Source of the DNA: Candidatus Sericytochromatia bacterium
GTDB taxonomy: Bacteria; Cyanobacteriota; Sericytochromatia; S15B-MN24; UBA4093
DNA length: 27,874 bases
NCBI GenBank assembly: GCA_036676985.1
Contig: JAKFBU010000042.1
Span: 1-27,874 of the forward strand
Reading direction: 5' to 3'
In this document: positions 1 to 7,335 of the stretch, in pieces
Numbering within the stretch: the stretch's first letter is position 1
How the letters are laid out: each line of letters starts with the position of its first letter
The notes under the pieces: generated by a model
The model's input: the letters and a program-made list of their open reading frames with translations, nothing else
Databases searched by the model: none
What the model was told of the DNA's origin: nothing
Position numbers and translations under genes: made by a program

Positions 1-2310
1 AGCGCCGGACCCGGCGCGGGCAAGACCGCCTTGCTGCGCCGCTGGCACGCGGCCAGCCCCGCTCCGGCCTCCTACACGGGGCTCACGTCGGACGACCTCT
101 CCGTCGAGTTCTTCCTCCACCGCCTGCTGTTGCCCTGGCCCGAGATCCGGGCGCCCTTCGAGCAGTTGCGTCAGGACCTGCCAGGCACCGAGCCGGGGGC
201 CCTGCTGGGGCTCGCATTGACCGCCGCGGCCCCCGACTTCCGCCTGCTCCTCGACGACTTCCACCTCTGCGAAGGGACGCCCCTCGAACCCCTGCTCCTG
301 GGCCTCATCCGACAGTTCCCGCCCGCCGGGACCCTCGTCGTCGCCTCGCGCCACCGGCCGCCCCGGCTCGAGCGCCCCGGCCTGGAGGTCTGGGACGCCG
401 AGCATCCGGCCTGGCAAGGCAAGGCAAGCCGTGAGGACTGGCAGGCCCTCCCTTCCGCCCTCCAGGAGCAGGTCGTGGCCCTGCACGTCGTCGGCGAGTT
501 CGCCGACTTGCCGGACGGCGACGAGCTCGTGCGGCGCAACCTGGCCAAACGGGACGGCTCGAACCTCCTGCTGCTGCTCCCCCATTGGCGAGAGGCGGCC
601 GAGCAAGCCCTGGGACGAGGCGTCCCCTCCACCGTCTGGCACCTGGTCGCCGACGGACTCAAGGCCCATGGCCGGCGCCACTTTCAAACCCAGGAGGGTC
701 GAGCCGGCCAGCAACGCCTCGGCAAGGTGCCGCCCGAGGCGCGCCAAACGCACGCGTACTTCCTGCGACTGGAAGGGTCGATGCTCCTCGAGGCGGGCAA
801 CCTGGAAGGCGGCTGGGCGACCTTCGACATGGCCCTGCAAGCCTGCGAGGCAGAGCCGCAGGAGCTCCTCGACACCCTTCTCGAGATGGCGACGGGCGCC
901 TCGATCCAGCGCGACCTCGAACGATTCGAGACCCTCATGGCCGAGCTCGCCCCGCAACAGGACCGTCTCACCGCCGCCCAGCGCGCTCGCTTCCTCAACC
1001 TCAGAGCCTGGGCGCAATGGCTGGCGGCCGACACCGCGGCGGTCCAGGCCCTCTGGGAGCAGGTGCTCTCCGTGCCCCCGCTCGGCGATCGCGCCGTATC
1101 CTACGAGCACTACCTGGCCCTCTTGGGCCAGCACGTCACGCAGAACAACCAGGGGATGAGGCTGGAGGCGACGCGCTACGCCGAGCGGCTTTTCGCGCTG
1201 GTCACCGAGCAAAACTTCGAGCGGGTCCTGCTCGATGCCCACAACGCGCGCCTCCGGTGCCACATGCTCGATCCGCAGGGGACCTGCTCCATCCAGACGG
1301 TGCTCGAGGTCCCGCTCCGGGCCTTCGCGGCCCCCAGCCCCGATGCCGTCCTCAACTTCGTGTCCCTGCTCGCCAGCCGGGCCCTGAAAGCGCTGGCCTA
1401 CTCGACCGCCGACGGCTACTTCCGCCACATGAAGACCCTGGCGATCCGGTACGGGACCTCGGCCTTCGTGCAGATGAGCAACCTCCACCTGCTGGAGATC
1501 GCCTGCTTCCAGGGCCGAACGGTGGAGGCCCGGGTGCTCTTCGACGAGCTGATGCGTCACCCGCTGGACAACGACCAGCTCAACCTCGTCCGGCTCACGT
1601 GGAGCTGGGCCCTCGCCAAGCACGGCGACGCGGAGGCCGCCATCCGACTGCTGCGCGAGGAGGTGGACAACCAGCCCCTCGACGATCTCAGGGAGCATGC
1701 CCAGTCGCTGCTCCGGGCGATCGAGGGCGAGCCCATCCCCGCCCCGCCCGTGCTCTCGCGCCAGTCCTTGCGCAAGACCTTCTGGCAAGAGGCCATGAAG
1801 GGGAACTCCTGGCCCTCGAAAGTCGTCTGCCGGGCATTCGGCGATCTCACCATGACGCGGGACGGCACGTCCCAGCTCCAGCTCTCGCGCCACAAGGCCC
1901 TCACGCTGCTCGGCTACCTCACCCTCAATCCCGACGGCCTTCCCTCCGAGACCCTCGCCGAGCACCTGTTCGGCGATCCCACCGACCTCAACCTCCTGCA
2001 CTCGGCCGCCCACAGCCTGCGTCAGGGCTTCAAGAAGCTGGGCACCGAAAACCTGCTCGAATCCGCCGGCGGGATGTACCGTCTGCGCTGGTGCGAGGTC
2101 GCCCTCTGCGACCTGCACGAGTTCGACGCGCTCTACCGCAAGGCCCGCGAGCTGGAAAACGAGGGACTCACCCAGGGAGCACGGCTCTTCTTCGAGCTCG
2201 CGCTCTGCGTCGCCTCGGCCCCGCTCCTCGACAACCTGCCCGACGATTTCGACAGCGCGCGCGCCGCGCATGCCGGCAAGCTTCGGCACGCCCGCGCGTT
2301 CTGCGCCTGA
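1..2310 (+). CDS. STAND/MalT-like ATP-dependent transcriptional regulator with TPR-like region and C-terminal wHTH/BTAD (SARP-like) module; 5'-truncated by the window edge
   Basis: Frame 1 is open from base 1 and reads SAGPGAGKTALL (Walker A), upstream of the track's TTG at 31. Walker B LLLDDFH and LVVASRHRPP match MalT-type NTPases. The middle is helical and Ala/Leu-rich. The C-terminus (RAFGDLTM...KALTLLGYLTL...LAEHLFGD...LHSAAHSLRQ...GGMYRL...DLHEFDAL) resembles a SARP-type wHTH plus the start of BTAD. Confidence 0.8.
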   Translation, partial: SAGPGAGKTALLRRWHAASPAPASYTGLTSDDLSVEFFLHRLLLPWPEIRAPFEQLRQDLPGTEPGALLGLALTAAAPDFRLLLDDFHLCEGTPLEPLLLGLIRQFPPAGTLVVASRHRPPRLERPGLEVWDAEHPAWQGKASREDWQALPSALQEQVVALHVVGEFADLPDGDELVRRNLAKRDGSNLLLLLPHWREAAEQALGRGVPSTVWHLVADGLKAHGRRHFQTQEGRAGQQRLGKVPPEARQTHAYFLRLEGSMLLEAGNLEGGWATFDMALQACEAEPQELLDTLLEMATGASIQRDLERFETLMAELAPQQDRLTAAQRARFLNLRAWAQWLAADTAAVQALWEQVLSVPPLGDRAVSYEHYLALLGQHVTQNNQGMRLEATRYAERLFALVTEQNFERVLLDAHNARLRCHMLDPQGTCSIQTVLEVPLRAFAAPSPDAVLNFVSLLASRALKALAYSTADGYFRHMKTLAIRYGTSAFVQMSNLHLLEIACFQGRTVEARVLFDELMRHPLDNDQLNLVRLTWSWALAKHGDAEAAIRLLREEVDNQPLDDLREHAQSLLRAIEGEPIPAPPVLSRQSLRKTFWQEAMKGNSWPSKVVCRAFGDLTMTRDGTSQLQLSRHKALTLLGYLTLNPDGLPSETLAEHLFGDPTDLNLLHSAAHSLRQGFKKLGTENLLESAGGMYRLRWCEVALCDLHEFDALYRKARELENEGLTQGARLFFELALCVASAPLLDNLPDDFDSARAAHAGKLRHARAFCA

Positions 2311-2330
2311 TCGGACGGCCAAAACCCAGG

Positions 2331-2366
2331 CTTGGCAACACTTTGCAAGGACTTGCAAGTTATGAT
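2331..2366 (+). promoter_or_regulatory. Putative operator/promoter of the lipoprotein operon: three phased 10-bp repeats followed by a -10-like TATGAT
   Basis: cttggcaaca / ctttgcaagg / acttgcaagt place GCAA at 2335, 2345 and 2355. The last unit is a perfect palindrome. TATGAT lies at 2361-2366. Confidence 0.5.
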
Positions 2367-2447
2367 CCGCCCACCATCCGGTATACGTGAGTCATAGACC
2401 CCTTCCTCGAAGGCTCTAGGCACGTTACTTGGAGGCAATCGACCGAC

Positions 2448-3179
2448 ATGCTCGGCAGGCGTTACCTGGGTCCCCTCGCATTGCTCGCGGCGATCGCCCT
2501 GACCATCGGCTGTGCCCCCGAGGAGGAGGTCGTCGGCAAGGTCGTTCCCCGCCCCACCCCGACCGCTTCGACGAACGGCGTGGGCGGCAAGGTGACCGGG
2601 GGCAATGGTGCTCCCTCGGCCCAGCTGGTGCTGATCGAGCCCGACCTCGAGACGCTCTCGCTCAACGCCCCGGCGGCCGACGGCACCGCTCCGGCGGGCT
2701 ATGCGTTCGAGCAGGCACTCACGGCCCGGGTCCTCCTGACCGACGGCAAGACGGATGCCCAGGGCGTGACCTGGGCGAGCGCCGACGCCGAACGCGTCAT
2801 CGTGACCGACGGGGTGGCCAGGGTCCTGCCCGGCGCGACGGGCGACGTGGTCCTCACCGCGACCTCGGTGAGCGATCCCTCCAAGTCTGACTCCCTGACC
2901 GTCCACATCACCACCGACGGCGAGCTCGACCTGTCCGTCACCCCCGCGCTTTCCCTCAACGAGGCCGCCAACAGCCCCACGACGCTGCACATCACGCGGA
3001 ACGGCACCCCGCTTCCCAACCAGTCGCTCACCAACGACCTGACGGTCCGTCTGCCGGCCGGGACCTACACCTTCCAGGTCACCCGCACCCTGCCCTCGGA
3101 TCCCATGGTCACCTGGTCTGCCACCAACGTGGCGATCACCCCGAACGGCGTCACGTCCCTCCAGGGGAACCTCGAATGA
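2448..3179 (+). CDS. Lipoprotein with Ig-like (Big_2-like) domain and C-terminal PEGA/carboxypeptidase-regulatory-like beta domain
   Basis: GGAGG upstream. Signal peptide with lipobox LTIGC. VTWASAD...VTDGVARV...VVLTATSVSDPSKSDSLTVHI is a typical Big_2 pattern. LPAGTYTFQV is PEGA-like. ATGA overlap with the next gene. Confidence 0.8.
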   Translation: MLGRRYLGPLALLAAIALTIGCAPEEEVVGKVVPRPTPTASTNGVGGKVTGGNGAPSAQLVLIEPDLETLSLNAPAADGTAPAGYAFEQALTARVLLTDGKTDAQGVTWASADAERVIVTDGVARVLPGATGDVVLTATSVSDPSKSDSLTVHITTDGELDLSVTPALSLNEAANSPTTLHITRNGTPLPNQSLTNDLTVRLPAGTYTFQVTRTLPSDPMVTWSATNVAITPNGVTSLQGNLE

Positions 3180-6100
3180 ACGCCGGCACGATGAGGCGGC
3201 TCCTCGCCCTGCTCCTGACCGGCACGTTGCTCGCCCTGGCGGCATGCACCAAGCTGCCTTCCCTCTCGACGCTGGGCTCCACGGTCACGGCGCTCGGCTC
3301 AGACGTGCTGACCGGCACCGTGCACCTCAGCACGCAGGCCACCGCCACCGACGTCTCGAGCGGCGCCACCGTGTCGCTGATCGACACCAGCGACGGCCAC
3401 TCGGTGGCCGCCACCGTGACCAAGCCGGACGGGACCTTTTCGCTCGACATCAAGGGCTGGAAGTACCAGTCCAACACCCCCTATGTCCTCGAAGCGGTCA
3501 AGGGCCTTCCGGCCGGCGGCACCCCGAACCGGGTGGGGGCCGCCGCCGCGCGCTTGAGGACCCTCCTCCGGTACAACGGGGGGTGGGGGAGCCTCACGGC
3601 GGGCACCATCGACATCAGCCCAGCGACCACCGCGCTGTGCACCATCCAGAGCCTCAAGGCCCTGAGCACCGCCCAGCAGCTGGCCGCCATGGGGACGGTG
3701 AACGGGGCGAGCTACACCGGCACCGTGGGCGCCACCGGCATCAGCTCGGCCGAGTTCACGAGCGTCATCGGTCAGGTCAATGCGGCCCTGCTGCTCGATC
3801 AAGATCCCATGCGCTGTATCGCTCGGGACGTGAACAGCGGCGCGTTCGTGCGCCTGGAGCGAGGCGCCCTGGTCACGGACCTCTCGATCACCCAGGGCTA
3901 TCGGGGCGACACCGTCGTCCTCTACGGCAGCGGGTTCGATCGGACGACGAACCTGGTGCGCTTCAACGGGACGCTCGCGACCGGCACCGGGAACCCCACG
4001 GGCACCGAAGTGACGGTCACCATCCCCGCCACCGCGATCGGCGGCCCCCTCACGGTCCAGACCGGCAACCTCATTTCGCTCGCTCTGCCCAACTTCACGG
4101 TGCTGGGCCTGGGCGTCACCTCCGGCAGCCCCATCACCACCGTGGCCGGCCGCTTGTTGCCCAGCCCGGGCACGCCCGCCGCGAACTGGAACTATAACTA
4201 CCTCGCCGGCATCGCGGTGGATGCCGCGAACAACATCTACGTCTCGGAGGAGCAAAACCACAGCGTCTGGAAGATCGACGCCGCCGGCATCGTCTCGCAC
4301 GTGGCCGGCATCGGGGTCGCCGGCAGCGCGGGCGGCAACGGCTCGGCCGCCGCGAGCACCGAGCTGAACCAACCGCACGGCCTGACGGTCGATGCGACGG
4401 GGAGCCTCTACATCACGGACACCAACAACAACCGGATCCTCAAGGTGACCAACGGCATCGTCACGACGGTGGCCGCGGGTGCGCTCAACAACCCTTACGA
4501 CGTCAAGGCGGACGCCGCGGGCAACCTCTACATCGCGGACTGGAAGAACCACCGGATCCAGAAGGTGACGCCCGGGGGCGTCGTCTCGACCGTGGCGGGC
4601 ACGGGGACCGCGGGTGCCGCCGTGGAGAACGTCCCGGCGTCGGGCGCCCCGCTCAACTTCCCCCGGTACGTCGCGCTGGACGCCACGGGCAGCCTGTACA
4701 TCAGCGACAACAGCAACAACCGGGTCCGCATGGTGCCGGCCGTCAGCGGCACCTACTTCGGCCAGGCCATGACCGCCAACAACATCTACACCATCGCCGG
4801 CGGCGGAGCCTCCTCCCTGGAAAACGTCCTGGCGACCACCGCCTCGGTCGGTCCGAACGGCCTCGAGGTCGACGCCGCGGGCAACCTCTACATCGCGATC
4901 TACGGCCTCCACAAGGTCCGCAAGGTCGACGTGGCCACCGGCAAGATCAACACCATCTTCGGCACCGGCAACAGCCTCGCCGGTACCGACGGCGTGGCGG
5001 CGACCGCGGCCCAGGCGCCGTACCCCTACGCGCTGACGTTCGATAAGTCGGGCAACCTCCTGGTCGCCGAGTATGCCATCCCGCGCCTGCGCATCATCCC
5101 CAAGGTCGGCGGCGACTACTACGGAAAGACGGGGCTGACGGCCGGCTTCGCCTACACCATCTCGGGTCACGACTGGCGATACGCCTCGGGTGCCGACGGC
5201 AGCTCCGCGCTCGACGCCCAGCTCTACGGGGGAACGGGCATCGGGCTGGATGCCGCGAAGACCCTCTACTTCGTCGACACCTACATGATCCGCAGCGTCG
5301 CCAATGGCGTGATCAACCGGGTGGTGGGCACCGGGCTCTTCGGCGGGGCGCCCAGCGGCACCGTCGCGACCCTCGGAGGCACCGACGTCCGCGGCATGGC
5401 CGTGGACGCCGCCGGCAACCTCTACTTCACGCACACGTTCTACAAGCTCGCGATGGTGCCCAAGAACGACGGGACCTACTTCGGCCAGGCCATGACGGGC
5501 GGTCGGATGTACATCATCTCGGGCACCGGCTCCAGCGCCTACGGGGGAGACAACGGCCCCGCCACGAGCGGGGGCTTCGTCAATCCCCAGGAGGTGGCGG
5601 TGGATGCGACCGGCAGCGTCTACGTGTCGGATACCGGCAACCACCGTATCCGCATGATCCCGGCTGTCAGCGGCACCTACTTCGGCAAGGCCATGACCGC
5701 CAACAACATCTACACGGTGGTGGGAACCGGATTGGCCGGGGCCGGGGGTGACAACGGAGCGGTCACGAGCGCCACGATCAATTCCCCCCGAGGCCTCACG
5801 CTGGATGCGGCGGGCAACCTCTATTTCGCCGACTGCGGCAACCACAAGGTCCGCAAGGTGACGAGCGATGGGATCATCAGGACCATCGCCGGCTCGGGCC
5901 CCGCGGGCTCGACGGGCGATGGCCTCGCCGGCACCTTCGCCCGGCTCAACACCCCCACCGGGGTCGCCGTGGACAGCCTGGGCTTCGTCTACATCGCCGA
6001 CAGCCTCAATCACCGCATCCGCAAGGTCGATACGACCGGGATCATCTACACGCTGGCCGGATCCAGCGCGGGCTACGCCGGCGACGGCCTCACGGGCGCC

Positions 6101-6202
6101 AGCGCCAAGTTCAACAACCCGCTGTCCGTGGCGGTCGACGCGTCGGGCAGCCTCTACGTGATGGATCGTGACAACCGCCGGATCAGGAGACTGGATCCAT
6201 GA
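3176..6202 (+). CDS. Large lipoprotein: conserved N-terminal domain + IPT/TIG + tandem NHL-repeat (teneurin-like) beta-propellers
   Basis: Lipobox LALAAC. IPT/TIG motif GDTVVLYGSGF...VRFNG...VTVTIP...GPLTV. About 12 NHL blades of the type P.GVAVD..GNLYIAD..NHRIRKV..G.I.T.AG.G. ATGA overlaps at both ends. Confidence 0.9.
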   Translation: MNAGTMRRLLALLLTGTLLALAACTKLPSLSTLGSTVTALGSDVLTGTVHLSTQATATDVSSGATVSLIDTSDGHSVAATVTKPDGTFSLDIKGWKYQSNTPYVLEAVKGLPAGGTPNRVGAAAARLRTLLRYNGGWGSLTAGTIDISPATTALCTIQSLKALSTAQQLAAMGTVNGASYTGTVGATGISSAEFTSVIGQVNAALLLDQDPMRCIARDVNSGAFVRLERGALVTDLSITQGYRGDTVVLYGSGFDRTTNLVRFNGTLATGTGNPTGTEVTVTIPATAIGGPLTVQTGNLISLALPNFTVLGLGVTSGSPITTVAGRLLPSPGTPAANWNYNYLAGIAVDAANNIYVSEEQNHSVWKIDAAGIVSHVAGIGVAGSAGGNGSAAASTELNQPHGLTVDATGSLYITDTNNNRILKVTNGIVTTVAAGALNNPYDVKADAAGNLYIADWKNHRIQKVTPGGVVSTVAGTGTAGAAVENVPASGAPLNFPRYVALDATGSLYISDNSNNRVRMVPAVSGTYFGQAMTANNIYTIAGGGASSLENVLATTASVGPNGLEVDAAGNLYIAIYGLHKVRKVDVATGKINTIFGTGNSLAGTDGVAATAAQAPYPYALTFDKSGNLLVAEYAIPRLRIIPKVGGDYYGKTGLTAGFAYTISGHDWRYASGADGSSALDAQLYGGTGIGLDAAKTLYFVDTYMIRSVANGVINRVVGTGLFGGAPSGTVATLGGTDVRGMAVDAAGNLYFTHTFYKLAMVPKNDGTYFGQAMTGGRMYIISGTGSSAYGGDNGPATSGGFVNPQEVAVDATGSVYVSDTGNHRIRMIPAVSGTYFGKAMTANNIYTVVGTGLAGAGGDNGAVTSATINSPRGLTLDAAGNLYFADCGNHKVRKVTSDGIIRTIAGSGPAGSTGDGLAGTFARLNTPTGVAVDSLGFVYIADSLNHRIRKVDTTGIIYTLAGSSAGYAGDGLTGASAKFNNPLSVAVDASGSLYVMDRDNRRIRRLDP
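4725..5715 (+). repeat. Intragenic near-identical direct repeat (4725-4791 and 5649-5715, 67 nt)
   Basis: I count 63/67 identical nucleotides at an offset of 924 nt (308 codons). Both copies encode RM(V/I)PAVSGTYFG(Q/K)AMTANNIYT. Confidence 0.85.
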
Positions 6203-7197
6203 GGATGACTCGCCCCGCCCTGCTCATCGGCCTCCTGCTCGCCGGCTGCGTCCCGATCGCCGCGCCGCCGGCGCTCTCCGAGACCCCGCCCCTCGTCGGG
6301 CAGGTCGAAGGGGCTCCGGCCCGCGGCACCCAGGCGACGACGGCCGAGGTCGCCAACGGCGCCACCATCTCCTTGATCGAGCCGTCCACCGGGACCACCC
6401 TGGCGACCACCCTCACGGCCGCAGACGGCCGCTTCAGCCTGACGTTCAAGGGCGGCTTCAAGCCCGGGGGTGCGCCCTACTTCCTCGAGGCGATGAAGGG
6501 GCTGTCCAACAACGGCGCGGGCGTCGCCCTGATCCGTCTGCGGACGCTCGTGGCGCACGCGAACGGCGCTTGGATCACCCTCTCGGGCAGCGCCACCTTC
6601 CTCAATCGCAGCACCACCGCCCTCTCGGCCCTCTCCAACCTCAAGGACTTCTCGGACTCCCAGAACATGGCCCTGATGGGCAGCTTGAGCATGAGCACCC
6701 CTGAGACCCTCGAGGGGATCACGACGCCGGACACCTACACCCCGCCGGACTCCCTGACGGCCGTGCTCACGGCGAGCGAGTTCCACCGGGCCTGGAGCCT
6801 GGTGGATCAGGCCGTCACCCGGGACGTGGATCCCATCGCGGGGCTCTTCAGCCGCCCCGCCACGGGCTCGGCCGCGGGCTCGAACGTCGCCAGCGAGAGC
6901 TTCGGCATCTGGGACGGCTTCGGCTGGCAGTCGGACGGCTTCGTTTTCTCCAGCCTCTCGGCCGTGACGGTCGCGCGGGGCGGGACCGTCACCCTTTATG
7001 GGCACGGGTTGGCGACGACGACGGCCGGGGCCCGGGTGACGCTCGGCCCGGGGGGTACGGCATGCCCCGTGACGGCGGCGAGTGCGAACGGCACCTCGCT
7101 CACCATTTCGATCCCGGCGGGCGCCACTCCAGGCTCCTATTCCCTCCAGCTGATCATCGGCCCCTGGACCGCCACCCGGACCTTGACGGTCACCTAG
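6199..7197 (+). CDS. Lipoprotein with the same conserved N-terminal domain as 3176..6202 plus a single IPT/TIG domain
   Basis: Lipobox LLAGC. TQAT..EV..GATISLI...DGRFSL...Y.LEA.KGL...RLRTL aligns by eye with the preceding gene. The C-terminal GGTVTLYGHGL...VT.ASANGTSLTISIP is IPT/TIG-like. Confidence 0.85.
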   Translation: MRMTRPALLIGLLLAGCVPIAAPPALSETPPLVGQVEGAPARGTQATTAEVANGATISLIEPSTGTTLATTLTAADGRFSLTFKGGFKPGGAPYFLEAMKGLSNNGAGVALIRLRTLVAHANGAWITLSGSATFLNRSTTALSALSNLKDFSDSQNMALMGSLSMSTPETLEGITTPDTYTPPDSLTAVLTASEFHRAWSLVDQAVTRDVDPIAGLFSRPATGSAAGSNVASESFGIWDGFGWQSDGFVFSSLSAVTVARGGTVTLYGHGLATTTAGARVTLGPGGTACPVTAASANGTSLTISIPAGATPGSYSLQLIIGPWTATRTLTVT

Positions 7198-7238
7198 CGC
7201 GAAGGGCCCTTGGTAGGCAGTTCAACTTCACCCACGAC

Positions 7239-7305
7239 AAAACCGTTCGTCCCTTCGAGAAGCTTAGGACAGGCTTGAGCCTGGTCGAAAGGCGAACGGG
7301 ATTTT
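7239..7305. repeat. REP-like palindromic element between convergent genes; may act as a bidirectional terminator
   Basis: Nested inverted repeats: AAAA-CCGTTCG...CGAACGG-GATTTT, TTCGA...TCGAA and CAGGCT-TG-AGCCTG. It resembles a widespread palindromic repeat that translates as PFDKLRT / LSLVE (here PFEKLRTGLSLVE); this resemblance is from memory. Confidence 0.65.
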
Positions 7306-7335
7306 AATTGGTGTCTAGCGATCCCACCTAGCCTC

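Noticed and set aside
4725-5715. Possible diversity-generating retroelement template/variable repeat pair
   Set aside because: Both copies are in-frame inside one gene, the mismatches are not confined to adenines (G/C and C/T included), and there is no reverse transcriptase in the window.
3299-6013. 904-aa antisense ORF, and similar long shadow ORFs (585..2390, 12963..15314, 11933..13549, 19545..21029, 24767..25894)
   Set aside because: They overlap well-supported genes, have Arg/Gly/Pro-rich or typical antisense composition with no motifs, and are expected from stop-codon scarcity in high-GC DNA.
7062-7307. 81-aa ORF spanning the intergenic palindrome
   Set aside because: It overlaps the end of 6199..7197 out of frame, and its tail is simply the translation of the repeat element.
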